Made by a program: the position numbers and the translations under genes. The notes under the pieces were generated by a model. It was not told where the DNA came from. It made no database searches and was given only the letters and a program-made list of their open reading frames with translations. A stretch of DNA of 64,000 nucleotides from Escherichia coli (GTDB taxonomy: Bacteria > Pseudomonadota > Gammaproteobacteria > Enterobacterales > Enterobacteriaceae), in the NCBI GenBank assembly GCA_002099625.1, contig GCA_002099625.1_4857.1. One strand, 5' to 3'. Below, one piece after another: positions 1 through 9,894 of the stretch (its first letter is position 1; every line of letters starts with the position of its first letter).

Positions 1-208
1 CACCGCCCGGACACAGTTCAGAACGCCCGTAGTTGACCACGGCAAACTCACCCTTCTCCACTGTCACGACTGGTTCATCTTTGTCGCTAAATTTTACAGG
101 TGCGTCGGTTTCCCACATCGGTTTATACTGCGGGAAGTCCTGAATGGTAAAGGCGTTTACTGGCGCAGTAACGCAGAGTATAAACACAGCTAATACAGCA
201 CGCATCAT
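1..208 (-). CDS. secreted or periplasmic protein with N-terminal Sec signal peptide (3' end lies outside window)
   Basis: Minus-strand ATG at 208 (tandem ATG ATG) with GAGGA about 6 nt upstream; translation MMRAVLAVFILCVTAPVNA/FT... has a hydrophobic core and AXA-type cleavage site; reading frame open to position 1. Not in ORF track because partial. Confidence 0.45.
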   Translation of the reverse strand, partial: MMRAVLAVFILCVTAPVNAFTIQDFPQYKPMWETDAPVKFSDKDEPVVTVEKGEFAVVNYGRSELCPGG

Positions 209-210
209 AT

Positions 211-687
211 CTAGTCCTCTTCCAGATAGGGTAGAAGCCAGTCCATTTTCTCCAAACGGTGAATCATGTTGCGAGTGTTTGGCGATACCTGTAAGGCATC
301 ATGGAACTGTTTTTTGAAGTGATGCCAGTGATAAGAGAAAGGTTTTGTTGGATAGCCCGCTTCCTTGAGAACTTCTTCCCACTCCAACCTCTGGATAAGG
401 TGCTCGTCGACCAAAACCTCAACTAAAGCCTTCCAGGCACTCCGACGAAAATGCCGGGACAACCGACGTTTTAAATCGGCATAACTTTTTCTTTTACTGG
501 ACCGTATTGCTGGTGATGTCTTACTGTGATGAAAAGAACGTCTCGTAAGATTCAGAATCTTAACAGGAGTGCCCCTAAGCGAACTGTCTGCAATATTCAG
601 TTCATGCTGAGGAACAAGCTCCACACGGCGGATGACGTTTATACGGGTTCCATCCGTATCTCGTGTTTCGTAAGCAACACGTATCAT
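211..687 (-). CDS. hypothetical basic (Arg/Lys-rich) protein
   Basis: 158-aa ORF, ATG start, tightly packed between neighbours; Arg/Lys-rich middle region. No recognisable motif. Confidence 0.4.
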   Translation of the reverse strand: MIRVAYETRDTDGTRINVIRRVELVPQHELNIADSSLRGTPVKILNLTRRSFHHSKTSPAIRSSKRKSYADLKRRLSRHFRRSAWKALVEVLVDEHLIQRLEWEEVLKEAGYPTKPFSYHWHHFKKQFHDALQVSPNTRNMIHRLEKMDWLLPYLEED

Positions 688-704
688 TATACACTCTCGC
701 TCGT

Positions 705-1190
705 TTAGACGAAATGACCTTCTGCCATCGAAAGAAAAATGGGAACGCTTTCGGCGTAATGTGTTAAAAGCTTTTCCTCCGGTGGCGTGTGTGACGAAAT
801 AACATTGTAGTTCGTCATACGAAAATACCGTTGGCCGTCAGCAGCAATATACCATCGGTCAATCTGGAAGCCTTGTTGGTGAAAGAATCCTAGCGCGGGA
901 ATGTTGGTCGGGTGAACACGACAGCTGACGTGTTTACGATCGGAGTTCTGCTGAAGATACTTAAGCATAAATCTGCCGACACCGCCCCGGCGCGATTCTT
1001 CGGGCACAACCATATAGACCAAATGGCCAGGTTCCCATGCCATGATTCCCCGCACGATATCATCCTCAACAAACATCGTGAGTTTAATAGGCTCCTCACG
1101 GATACTGTTTAAGTCGCGCACCCATTCAACCAGTTCAGGATAAACATTCGCGGGAATCTTATCCTCGACCACATTAATAACAAGCATCAC
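705..1190 (-). CDS. GNAT-family N-acetyltransferase-like protein
   Basis: 161-aa ORF; segment RRGGVGRFMLKYL fits the GNAT motif A pattern (R/Q-x-x-G-x-G/A) used for acetyl-CoA binding; ATGA overlap with upstream gene. Confidence 0.45.
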   Translation of the reverse strand: MMLVINVVEDKIPANVYPELVEWVRDLNSIREEPIKLTMFVEDDIVRGIMAWEPGHLVYMVVPEESRRGGVGRFMLKYLQQNSDRKHVSCRVHPTNIPALGFFHQQGFQIDRWYIAADGQRYFRMTNYNVISSHTPPEEKLLTHYAESVPIFLSMAEGHFV

Positions 1191-1825
1191 TTCTCTCCAC
1201 TAAGCAGGTATCTGGCTTCTGCCAATGACAGGGACGGTTTTAACAGCATGTGTAGCGGCAGGATTGTTGAACGGTGAAACTGTGCCGGTGTTTTTGCCAG
1301 GTGTTCCAGATAGCGATTGACCGACATTTCTTGCCAATCGATAGTAGGACGAACCCAACTTATCTGTAACCATTTCCCCAATGAGACGTCACGCTTACCG
1401 CGTGGCATAATTATACTTAACTTGTACCCGTGGTCAAACTGTCGCGGTGGATGACCCGGCACCCAAGGAACCTCGGGACCTAGCACATCTGTGAGAAACC
1501 CTTCTTTAATTAACACATTTCTGATGGTAGCGAATATCCGTCCTCGTTGCACGGTGATCTCTTTGACATGCGCCATGGCATTTAGTTTACGTTTGGTAAT
1601 CGCAGTAGAGAGTGCACTAACAAACTGCCCTTCAACATACGGCGCGTTCAAACAGCTACGAAACGGCACGACGTAAAACGCTTCCCACAACACTTCTTCA
1701 ACCGCCGACAATAACAACGCTTCTTTCTCAGCTGCAGTAAAATCCACAGACAACATTTTGGTAAACGAACCTAATATAGTGCTAAACGGTAGTAGTACAG
1801 ACCGTTGACGAAATTGTAATTGCAT
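1187..1825 (-). CDS. hypothetical protein
   Basis: 212-aa ORF on the dominant coding strand, tight packing; no motif recognised. Confidence 0.5.
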   Translation of the reverse strand: MQLQFRQRSVLLPFSTILGSFTKMLSVDFTAAEKEALLLSAVEEVLWEAFYVVPFRSCLNAPYVEGQFVSALSTAITKRKLNAMAHVKEITVQRGRIFATIRNVLIKEGFLTDVLGPEVPWVPGHPPRQFDHGYKLSIIMPRGKRDVSLGKWLQISWVRPTIDWQEMSVNRYLEHLAKTPAQFHRSTILPLHMLLKPSLSLAEARYLLSGEK

Positions 1826-1872
1826 TTTTATATTCCTTTTGGTCTTGCTTACACAGTAATTTACGTAGACGT

Positions 1873-1916
1873 AATAAAAAAAATAAGAAGCCTCTTCTCC
1901 CGGAGGAGAAGAGGGC
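1873..1916 (-). terminator. intrinsic terminator downstream of 1921..2493
   Basis: GC-rich hairpin GCCTCTTCTCC-cgga-GGAGAAGAGGGC (1890-1916) followed on the minus strand by a T-rich run (plus-strand A-run 1873-1889). Confidence 0.6.
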
Positions 1917-1920
1917 TTAA

Positions 1921-2493
1921 TTACTCTTTAGGTGCGGTAGTCTGTTGCTTCGCGTTGCTCTTATTCAGCTTATACTCAACGACTTTGGCACCAATGGCCA
2001 TCGAATTGTAAGCAAGCGTCTTAATCGGCCATGTAAAGAACACGGCCTGAGCAAACAAAGGTAAGAGCGCCACAATCAACACATCCGTCAATTCTTGCGG
2101 ATAGTGCAGGTGTGTATCCCAGGCCATTGCTGCGGAGACCAGTACGGTGGTAAGCACCAGTAAAGCGATAAGGACTTTCTGAGGACCTTTTAAATTCGGC
2201 CACAGGGTCAATAACGTTTCTTTGGCGAGCTTTTCATCCATACTCTCCACAGCTGCTTTCGCCTGCGATTCAAACGTCTTCGCCATATTCCCAACCTGTT
2301 CAAGAATCAGGGGGCGCAATGACGTAAGAATCACGTTAGCGGGTTTAGTAACATCAATTTCGACATCACTTCCCAAAGCGGTCTGAGCGGCTGCTTTTAG
2401 TCGGGTGCTCTCTTCCAGGCTTAATTTATTGGTGCCCGCCTGGATAAGAACATCCAACACATCCGTCGAGGCTTCTTGCAAAGACTGCGACAT
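1921..2493 (-). CDS. hypothetical integral membrane protein
   Basis: 190-aa ORF with two or more hydrophobic helices (LIALLVLTTVLVSAAMAW; VLIVALLPLFAQAVFFTWPI). Confidence 0.5.
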   Translation of the reverse strand: MSQSLQEASTDVLDVLIQAGTNKLSLEESTRLKAAAQTALGSDVEIDVTKPANVILTSLRPLILEQVGNMAKTFESQAKAAVESMDEKLAKETLLTLWPNLKGPQKVLIALLVLTTVLVSAAMAWDTHLHYPQELTDVLIVALLPLFAQAVFFTWPIKTLAYNSMAIGAKVVEYKLNKSNAKQQTTAPKE

Positions 2494-2495
2494 CG

Positions 2496-3146
2496 CTATT
2501 TCCTCCGGCGTCTTCCTTTCTGCTTACCGGCCTTAGCTTTAGGAACTTTAACCTTGGGCGGAAGGAGACTATTTAGGTTTAATAAGTTGACCCTGACGAA
2601 GATATTACCCACCGCCACGGCATCGATACTGTGTTCATCCAATACCGATAAGTCGCACCGGGTATGGTTCGCGTAGAGTTTGGTCACCGCTTGTTGCATA
2701 TGCGATTTATCTGTACCCTTTGCTTCCACACCAACGTACGACTTCACAATAATAGGATTAAACCCATGGAGATATTTTTCGGGAAACACGTCCCAAAGCG
2801 TTCGCCGCAACATCAGTTGCAATTCCACCCCAGATTCGTACGCTGAGAGCTTAGCTCTTCGCATGAACGGAGTTTCGGTAGCGACAAAAGTCGGCCTTGC
2901 CAGTTTTAAAAACTCACGAAAGCGTTCTTCTAATTCTACCAAACGCGCATCGCGTTTCCCTACGCACTCACCAAAAGAGCCATTGTGCGTAGGGTCCGCA
3001 ACATGAGCCGTGCCCGCCCAGACAACTTCACCTTGAGGTTGGCCAAATTCCCAGTCGATAACCGCCATCCCAAGATGGGCAGTACCGGGGTCAACAGCCG
3101 CAATCCTCACCATACTGTCGGGTAACCTCGGCTCAGGAATCAGCAT
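2496..3146 (-). CDS. ruvC: RuvC-like Holliday-junction resolvase with basic C-terminal tail
   Basis: N-terminal IAAVDPGTAHLGMAVID resembles the RuvC motif (I-x-G-I-DPG-S/T...G-x-G/A-VI); acidic ATETPF; C-terminal D-x-x-S-IDAVAVG resembles the RuvC D-x-x-DALAIA motif; tail PKVKVPKAKAGKQKGRRRRK. Confidence 0.6.
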   Translation of the reverse strand: MLIPEPRLPDSMVRIAAVDPGTAHLGMAVIDWEFGQPQGEVVWAGTAHVADPTHNGSFGECVGKRDARLVELEERFREFLKLARPTFVATETPFMRRAKLSAYESGVELQLMLRRTLWDVFPEKYLHGFNPIIVKSYVGVEAKGTDKSHMQQAVTKLYANHTRCDLSVLDEHSIDAVAVGNIFVRVNLLNLNSLLPPKVKVPKAKAGKQKGRRRRK

Positions 3147-4033
3147 CAGTTAGCTGTCCCTAAAAACCACGGTGCCGGCTGGCCGATACGGATGGTCAGT
3201 GACAGACGATCGTTGGTCTGTGCCAGGTTAGTGAACAGGGAGATGTAGTACAACGCCTGCACACCGATAGCTTCGTCGTAGCTGAACTGTGAACCGGTAG
3301 CCGACTCACCCGTTTCAGGGGTATCAACGCCAGAGCACAGCGCAATTTCAGAGATAATCGAACTGCGTGGCGTACCACGTAGAATCGCCGTCACGTTCAT
3401 GTATTCCTGAACATCAAACTCAGTCCATGGAATCACCAGGTCCGCGCCCGATTCAACATAACGACCGTCGGGGATCTCTACAGTGCCGTCATCGTCGTAA
3501 TCGTAGTCTGGGAGTTCTTTCGGTACCGGGTTCAGTTCCGCATCGGTATAGACGAAATCTTTGACGGTTTCAACACCGTTTTCGCGAGTGATATCCAGGT
3601 CAGTGGTCTTCACTGCGCGCATGTCGATACGTTTCAGATAATACGCCCAGTAATCCCGCGCGCCGATAGTTTCACGAGTACGGAAAGCGTACTGTTTACG
3701 TTGCTCATCAGATAAGTCATTATCCAATGTACGCAGTACCAATGGAACGCGCGAGAACATCCCTGACGTAATCGGGGATTTCGCGACAGGAACAACGTCT
3801 GCCACAACATCAGACTGATCAACGATGTGACCACGGTTACCCACGCACATGTATCCTAAATGCGGACGTGTAGCGCCATCGGGAACTTTCGAGGTCATGA
3901 GTTTATAAAACTCGTTCATCGTGGATTTCTGTGGGTACTGCACGTCAGCACCTGTCAATAACGCGGTCGTAAGTCGCATCGCGTTAAGAGTCACTGTTGA
4001 CAGTTTACCGTCGTAAACTTTGGTGTTAGCCAT
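3146..4033 (-). CDS. hypothetical protein
   Basis: 295-aa ORF, TAATG-type overlap with downstream gene; no motif recognised. Confidence 0.5.
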   Translation of the reverse strand: MANTKVYDGKLSTVTLNAMRLTTALLTGADVQYPQKSTMNEFYKLMTSKVPDGATRPHLGYMCVGNRGHIVDQSDVVADVVPVAKSPITSGMFSRVPLVLRTLDNDLSDEQRKQYAFRTRETIGARDYWAYYLKRIDMRAVKTTDLDITRENGVETVKDFVYTDAELNPVPKELPDYDYDDDGTVEIPDGRYVESGADLVIPWTEFDVQEYMNVTAILRGTPRSSIISEIALCSGVDTPETGESATGSQFSYDEAIGVQALYYISLFTNLAQTNDRLSLTIRIGQPAPWFLGTAN

Positions 4034-4553
4034 TTAAAAATTCTCCTGGGCGAAACCCGTCGAGTGCCCGTTTAGTTACCAGCTGCGCCAGCTTACGGGG
4101 AGTTGGGTCAACAAAAGTAATCGCAATCGTGCCTTTGAAAGATAGATGGTGCGGGATTAAGCGCGCCTCATACGATTCCATTTCCGGGGTAATCGGTTCA
4201 ACCATGATATCGTAGGTGTCAAGCTGGAGACCCAGCTCATCGACAATATACGGAACTAATTCATGGCTCCATTCTGCCGCACCCTTCGGGACTTCAACCG
4301 TTACGTCTTTAAGTAACTTGTTTAAGTCCGCACGAGTCAGGTAAAACTCTTGGGTGCCGTGTACCCCATTTACAAAGCGCGCCGCAACTTTAGACTCCAC
4401 ACCTTTAGCGCGTCGCTCTGCTTGGGTTAACGGCCACACCCCACGTGGGTTAAACTCGTAGTTATTTTCACTATACGATAACTTAAAAACGTAATTGATT
4501 CTCTCAACCAGAATCTGTTTCGGGGTTTTTGATAAATCTATACGGTATCCCAT
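4026..4553 (-). CDS. hypothetical protein
   Basis: 175-aa ORF on coding strand, short overlap with next gene. Confidence 0.5.
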   Translation of the reverse strand: MGYRIDLSKTPKQILVERINYVFKLSYSENNYEFNPRGVWPLTQAERRAKGVESKVAARFVNGVHGTQEFYLTRADLNKLLKDVTVEVPKGAAEWSHELVPYIVDELGLQLDTYDIMVEPITPEMESYEARLIPHHLSFKGTIAITFVDPTPRKLAQLVTKRALDGFRPGEFLNG

Positions 4554-4560
4554 AAGTCTC

Positions 4561-6744
4561 TCACTTTGGTAATTGGTCTAGCCGGAAGCCATCCATGTCA
4601 CGGTCGGCCACGCGCTCGGCAAGCGTCCACTCCTCAAATGACGTCCGCACACGGATAACATCAATAGGCGGCTGTACCATATCGATCACAACATCCTGCT
4701 CGACCTTCACGCGGATACCAGGGTAGACATTCATCCGCAACTTAATACGTTGCGGGATTGCCATTTCCTTTATCACGGGAGCGACAGGGATGGGCTTATC
4801 CGTCGTCATGAATGAACTACGGCTCACACGCTGCACGTCTGTCAGAGGGTAAATGATATTTGTTGTATCGGCAGCCTCTGCGAGAATATCATCCAGAATC
4901 GGGATGACTGGGTCGGTGACATCGTAGGTGTCAGAACCCATACGTGCGGCAAAATGGACAGTGTACGACGAGAGTTTCGTCATTAACCGCACCATCGCGC
5001 GTTGTATTTCAGCTTGTGAGACAGACGCACGTGTTTCCAGATTAGTGGCCACGTTTAAAGCGTCGGTGGCGATGTCCTGCCAGGTTTCCGCGGAGACTAA
5101 CTCGTAATCAAAACCAAACGTTTTGAAGAACTCGTCGTAATCGCGGTAAGGTAGGTCAAGATCGCACTTATAGTCACGGTAATGGTAGGTAAACAGCATT
5201 GTGCCGGCAGCACGGTCGGCTAGCTTGTGTCGATTATACGAGTAACGGTAACGACGACGCTTCTGCACCATGATTTCGCTGATTTCATCGTACAGCTCAT
5301 CTGCAGACATCAAATTGCCGATAACTTCATGATGCGTGTCCGTGTAATAGTTAATCAACGCATTAAAACGGCCGGGCCATGAGCTTGGCAGATGCTGCTC
5401 CATCTCATCAAAACCAACCCAGCGTTTGATTAGCACACCAAACACGTTCCACACCGGGATTTTATCCAGTGCTACACCCGAATAACCTTTGAAGCTCGCA
5501 TACAAGAACAGTGCCAGCAGCTCTTTTGAAGTGAGCTTTAGCGTGTCCCCGTTCGTTGGGTTAAGAATTTCGTGGTAAATGTTGTACTGTCCACGTGCCA
5601 CGATATGCATCCACTCGTTGAACAAGCCATGCATAAATTCCCAACGTTCGATGGCCTCTGGGTCAATCGCCGTTACCTCAACTAACTTCGTTGGCAGGTT
5701 CGGATACTGCGTCAAGCTCAAACGCCGATCGAGGTCTTCCTGATAGTCAGGTTCGTGCACTGGGTTATTGTACGCCAGATTGATTTCTTTCTGGATGATG
5801 TCAGTTGTGCTAACAATGTCCAGGTCACGACCCGAGTCACGTTCAGTATAGTTAAGCGATGACTGGTAGCCGATCGGGAGAGGTGTCAGGTCATCATCAC
5901 TGCCCGTCGTCGGGTCGTGAATCTGCTGGGCGACCTTATATCCAACAGCAGGCATACCCCAACCCGTCAGCAGGGTGTCAATCATCCAGGTAAAGATTTC
6001 TTCCTTACCAGAGTTACGTTCCCAGTAACGGATGTTGCGATACAGTGTGAATTTCTGCTTGAGGGTCAGGTACGGCATGAACTCGTGCAGTTCTTGGTGC
6101 GAAGCCAAGAACTCGGTCACGTAGTAGGAGTGCGTTTCGGTCGTAAACTGTAACCGTTTGCGGATGTACATGATAAGCCCCGGCCACACCGGGTACTGCT
6201 GCATGTAAAAGGCCAGTACGAAACAGTCGTTGTGAACTTTCCAGCCATCGGCCATGAACCGCACATGTGCCGCACGAATAAAGTTCTCAATATGTGTAAT
6301 TAACGACGTCTCCTGCGGTTCAACTAAAGCAGGATCGTAATACAAAATTGAGCAGTCATCGACACGTATCGCGTATGCAATATCAATCGGATTGAAAGTG
6401 CCTCGAATATATACTGCGTAGTCCGGATACTCGGCGATTAAGTCGTCGATATACTCCGGGTTAGAACGATATACGTTTGAGGTCTTTTTATGACGGGAGA
6501 GGTTCTGCGTCGTTAACTCTATCTGCTCTTGCGTGTCGAGTGACGTAATGTATATCGGCTTGTCGATTGCATGTCGTTTACCTGCTAAGTGTAGGTAATA
6601 CCGCCACGTCTCACGGTTCTCGGAAACGAAACCGCCGTTTTTGGTTATTGCCAGGTTCATCTGTTGTGCGATGCTCTCTGATTTGACAATCAGGGATTTC
6701 GCTAACTGGATAGCCTGGTCACGAAAAATGTTAAATCTCTGCAT
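4561..6744 (-). CDS. hypothetical large protein (727 aa)
   Basis: Long ORF; the track start at 6756 is a TTG, first in-frame ATG is at 6744 (MQRFNIFRDQ...). Start lies 11 bp from the divergent plus-strand start at 6756. Confidence 0.55.
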   Translation of the reverse strand: MQRFNIFRDQAIQLAKSLIVKSESIAQQMNLAITKNGGFVSENRETWRYYLHLAGKRHAIDKPIYITSLDTQEQIELTTQNLSRHKKTSNVYRSNPEYIDDLIAEYPDYAVYIRGTFNPIDIAYAIRVDDCSILYYDPALVEPQETSLITHIENFIRAAHVRFMADGWKVHNDCFVLAFYMQQYPVWPGLIMYIRKRLQFTTETHSYYVTEFLASHQELHEFMPYLTLKQKFTLYRNIRYWERNSGKEEIFTWMIDTLLTGWGMPAVGYKVAQQIHDPTTGSDDDLTPLPIGYQSSLNYTERDSGRDLDIVSTTDIIQKEINLAYNNPVHEPDYQEDLDRRLSLTQYPNLPTKLVEVTAIDPEAIERWEFMHGLFNEWMHIVARGQYNIYHEILNPTNGDTLKLTSKELLALFLYASFKGYSGVALDKIPVWNVFGVLIKRWVGFDEMEQHLPSSWPGRFNALINYYTDTHHEVIGNLMSADELYDEISEIMVQKRRRYRYSYNRHKLADRAAGTMLFTYHYRDYKCDLDLPYRDYDEFFKTFGFDYELVSAETWQDIATDALNVATNLETRASVSQAEIQRAMVRLMTKLSSYTVHFAARMGSDTYDVTDPVIPILDDILAEAADTTNIIYPLTDVQRVSRSSFMTTDKPIPVAPVIKEMAIPQRIKLRMNVYPGIRVKVEQDVVIDMVQPPIDVIRVRTSFEEWTLAERVADRDMDGFRLDQLPK

Positions 6745-6755
6745 CGGAGACCCCA

Positions 6756-9500
6756 ATGGAAGATATTAGTAAATTAACGGGCGACCCCGCGGTAGCTGCC
6801 ATACTGCGTAAGTCCACGAGCCCGTCGGCTCAGCAGCAACGCGGTAAGCGTGAAGATGGCGGCGTTACACCAACCCGTACAGAACTCACGGGCATTGCGA
6901 GTAGCCGCATTCGCACCGTTAAAAATGCCGAACGTATCTTTGATGCGCTCCCTGAGTTAGAGGTCATTGTTACCATCGCGACCTCCTCACTCCTGTCCAC
7001 AAAAGATTTGATTAACACCACGCTGATTTACGACAACGTGGCTGATATCCCGATCGACCTGCGTCAACAGTTGTTGGAACCTGTGCGTGAATTCCATGAC
7101 CACACGCGCCAGTTACCCAACAAACTGTATCAGTGGATTTACGATGCACTGAAATCCAAAGGCGCGAGCCCGGTGTTGCTGATTTCAGATACCGGATTCG
7201 ATGAACTCTTCGGCTTAAAGCCGTCTGTTGCAACCGAATCGTTGCGCCGTAGCCAATCTGACTTCTTTGAACGTCAGTTGGGTATCCTGGGCAAGATTGG
7301 CGGTGAAAACAAACCGAAGGTTGGTGTAGAAAGTATTCTGGGCCGTGCACGTGGCGCTGACAAGCCCACCAAGCCACAAACCATTAAACTTAACTTTGCA
7401 GCAGCCCCTAACAGTCCGTTTAAAGCAGACGGTATGTTAGCTTCCCTGGATATCGTTATCACCGACAACCCGCGTATTACCCTGCTACCAGAGGCTTATC
7501 GCCGTGTGGCACAGGAGAATGCTCGCACCGGCCTGTTCGGTCAGTTAGAGCAGTACGCATATGAACAACCTTCTACGCCGACAGGTGCGTCAGAGTATAA
7601 CGCTGACCAGTTCACAGACAGTGAACAAGAGAAGGCAAAACTCGGTTTAATCAACATCGGCGACCTCAACGAAGCGTACCAGAAAACGCCTGAGCAAAAG
7701 CTTTACGGCGAAGTACCGAAGATGAGTTTCTCCGATGCCAACAAAATCGAATACACGGAACGATTACTGCCAGCAGAGTCCACACTCCCGCTCGTTATCG
7801 GCGACGATGTTCGTAACCCCATAGGTTATCTGGCCATCGTTGACGAAATGGGTAACTTCATTAACTCGCGCTCCACACTTTACGGTGATGCGAACTTCAT
7901 GAACTACCTGAACAACGACGGTATGGTGGATTCAACAATCAACCGTGCGAATCTGGGGATGGGCAACACAACCCGAATCACACCAGACATTGCTAACCGC
8001 TTAACAGCGCGTTATGGTGAAATTGCTGAAGACCAGCTAACCAAAGCTCTGGGTGAGGCGTTGGGTGGTGCTGAGATTAGCATGACAGTAACCGAAACGT
8101 TCAGCCGTATCATGCTGGCGCGCCATCTGGCAAAACGTCATACGCAGGTTATCTATATTCCTGCGGAAAACCTTTGCTATTTTGCCACGGACTTTGATGA
8201 AGATGGTATCGGTGTATCTATTACCGAACGCTCGTTCGTTATCTCTACTGTCCGTATGGCGCTGTTGTTCGCTACCATGAACTCTGCGGTGTTGAACTCT
8301 GCACGTCACATGCAGTACGACATTGAGTTGGCACCAGATGACATGAACGGTCAGAAAACAATTGACCAGCTGAAAACAGACATCATGAACTCCTATAACC
8401 GTCGTCAACCGATGTGGGGGGACATGAACGACACCTGGGCAATGACGACAAACGCAGGTATTGCGTTTAACGTTATTGGTAACGACTACTACGGTAGTAC
8501 CAAAGTGTCTGTGTCGGACACTACGCCGGATTATAAATACCCGGATAAGGATTTCGACGAAGGTCTGTTACGACGTACTTGTCACATCGCAGGTGTTGAC
8601 CCTGACCTGGTAATGACCCCCGAGAACATCGAGTTTGCTTCACAGATCTTCTCTAAATCGTTACTGGTCACCCAGCAGGTTGTTAAGAAGCAAGAGATTC
8701 TCTCTAAGCCACTGACACGTTACGTAGTTAATGGGATGTTGGCCTCTCCGTCGTTGCAATCAGCGATGATTAAAATCATTGCAGAGTACATCAATGCTAA
8801 CGGCAATGGGATGACTACTGACCAGATTACGAAAAAGGTCTCTGAGTATCTGGCTGCGTTTATCAACGGTATGAAAGTAACCTTACCACCGCCAGACACC
8901 TCTGCAGCAGCTTCGCAGATGGAGCTGTTCGATAAACGTACGGAGTTCTTTGAGAAGCTGGCTGATCTGGTTGTAACGGATGACATTGCTGCGCAACTCC
9001 AGCAAGAAGGTATCTCGATGGACCCGAACGATCTGAAGACGATGATCAAATCCTTCTATACGCGCAACTGGCTGCGTAAACAAGGTATTGAAACCGACTT
9101 CTTCGATCTGGTTTACGACGATGATTCTCGTCAGGACAACATCACCATGATGACTGATGAAGCGATGGCTGCTTCGAAAACGCTGATTCAATTGGCGAAA
9201 CGTTTCACCGGGCGACTGGAAACGTTAGCGAAGAATGCCGACCTTGATCCTAACGATGCTTCCGGCGGATTCGGTGGTGGTTTTGATGCGGGCGGTGACA
9301 CCGGCGGTGGTGATGGGGATCTCGGCGGTGGGGGTGACGATGATTTAGACCTCGATCTCGATACGGATAACGGCACCGGTGGTGATAGTACAGAGGAAAC
9401 TACTGAGTCGACCGAAACCACGGAAACAACTACCGAGGGAACGGAAGGCACAGAAGGCGGTGAAGGAACTACCGACGACAACCCAGACAACGTCCTCTAA
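6756..9500 (+). CDS. hypothetical large protein (914 aa) with acidic Gly/Asp/Glu/Thr-rich low-complexity C-terminal tail; possibly virion-associated
   Basis: ATG with GGAGA 5 nt upstream; last ~75 aa are GGFGGGFDAGGDTGGGDGDLGGGGDDDLDLDLDTDNGTGGDSTEETTESTETTETTTEGTEGTEGGEGTTDDNPDNVL; followed by a strong bidirectional terminator. Confidence 0.6.
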   Translation: MEDISKLTGDPAVAAILRKSTSPSAQQQRGKREDGGVTPTRTELTGIASSRIRTVKNAERIFDALPELEVIVTIATSSLLSTKDLINTTLIYDNVADIPIDLRQQLLEPVREFHDHTRQLPNKLYQWIYDALKSKGASPVLLISDTGFDELFGLKPSVATESLRRSQSDFFERQLGILGKIGGENKPKVGVESILGRARGADKPTKPQTIKLNFAAAPNSPFKADGMLASLDIVITDNPRITLLPEAYRRVAQENARTGLFGQLEQYAYEQPSTPTGASEYNADQFTDSEQEKAKLGLINIGDLNEAYQKTPEQKLYGEVPKMSFSDANKIEYTERLLPAESTLPLVIGDDVRNPIGYLAIVDEMGNFINSRSTLYGDANFMNYLNNDGMVDSTINRANLGMGNTTRITPDIANRLTARYGEIAEDQLTKALGEALGGAEISMTVTETFSRIMLARHLAKRHTQVIYIPAENLCYFATDFDEDGIGVSITERSFVISTVRMALLFATMNSAVLNSARHMQYDIELAPDDMNGQKTIDQLKTDIMNSYNRRQPMWGDMNDTWAMTTNAGIAFNVIGNDYYGSTKVSVSDTTPDYKYPDKDFDEGLLRRTCHIAGVDPDLVMTPENIEFASQIFSKSLLVTQQVVKKQEILSKPLTRYVVNGMLASPSLQSAMIKIIAEYINANGNGMTTDQITKKVSEYLAAFINGMKVTLPPPDTSAAASQMELFDKRTEFFEKLADLVVTDDIAAQLQQEGISMDPNDLKTMIKSFYTRNWLRKQGIETDFFDLVYDDDSRQDNITMMTDEAMAASKTLIQLAKRFTGRLETLAKNADLDPNDASGGFGGGFDAGGDTGGGDGDLGGGGDDDLDLDLDTDNGTGGDSTEETTESTETTETTTEGTEGTEGGEGTTDDNPDNVL

Positions 9501-9562
9501 ACAAAAAAGAAAAAGAAATAAGGTTTACCTCTCCCTTCGGGGAGAGGTACCTTTTCTTTTTT
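9501..9562. terminator. bidirectional intrinsic terminator between convergent genes
   Basis: Hairpin TACCTCTCCC-ttcg-GGGAGAGGTA (9526-9549) flanked by an A-run upstream and CTTTTCTTTTTT downstream, so it has a U-tract on either strand. Confidence 0.7.
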
Positions 9563-9863
9563 AATCTTCTGTAGCAGCTTTGGGTTTATTAACCAGTTCG
9601 TCGAGCATGATACCAATCGCCAGAGGGTCGTTCTGGAAAGGTTCTAGCTTTTCCAATACCTTTGTATCCTTTGCTGCTTTTAACGCCTTCAGGAGGCCTT
9701 TACGGGCGTTATAGAAGATTTGCCAGCGACGTCCATGACTGATCGCTGTTTTGGCTTTGTGGAAGTCGGCTAAGAAAGCTTCAGTCGCTTTGTTTTCAGG
9801 TAACTCAAAGCGAAAACGCACACTACGCTCAAAATCCATGTTGACAACAATGAACTTTACCAT
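9561..9863 (-). CDS. hypothetical protein
   Basis: 100-aa ORF, ATG start with GAGG nearby; preceded by an AT-rich palindrome. Confidence 0.45.
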   Translation of the reverse strand: MVKFIVVNMDFERSVRFRFELPENKATEAFLADFHKAKTAISHGRRWQIFYNARKGLLKALKAAKDTKVLEKLEPFQNDPLAIGIMLDELVNKPKAATED

Positions 9864-9875
9864 GCTCGAACCTCA

Positions 9876-9894
9876 TTATAGAGCTACTCTATAA
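9876..9894. promoter_or_regulatory. perfect 8-bp-arm inverted repeat TTATAGAG-cta-CTCTATAA next to the RBS of 9561..9863
   Basis: Read directly; on the minus strand it reads TTATAGAGtagCTCTATAAtGAGGttcgagcATG, i.e. a hairpin or operator immediately 5' of the SD and containing a TATAAT hexamer. Confidence 0.4.

Noticed and set aside
4561-6744. Terminase large subunit assignment for the 727-aa protein next to the 914-aa protein
   Set aside because: No Walker A (GxxxxGK[ST]) or nuclease motif found by eye; left as hypothetical.
8170-8230. DFDED (D-x-D-x-D) in the 914-aa protein as a possible RNA polymerase beta-prime catalytic motif
   Set aside because: The surrounding sequence does not resemble NADFDGDQMAVH and the protein has no other beta-prime motifs I can recognise; probably coincidental, though a profile search would settle it.
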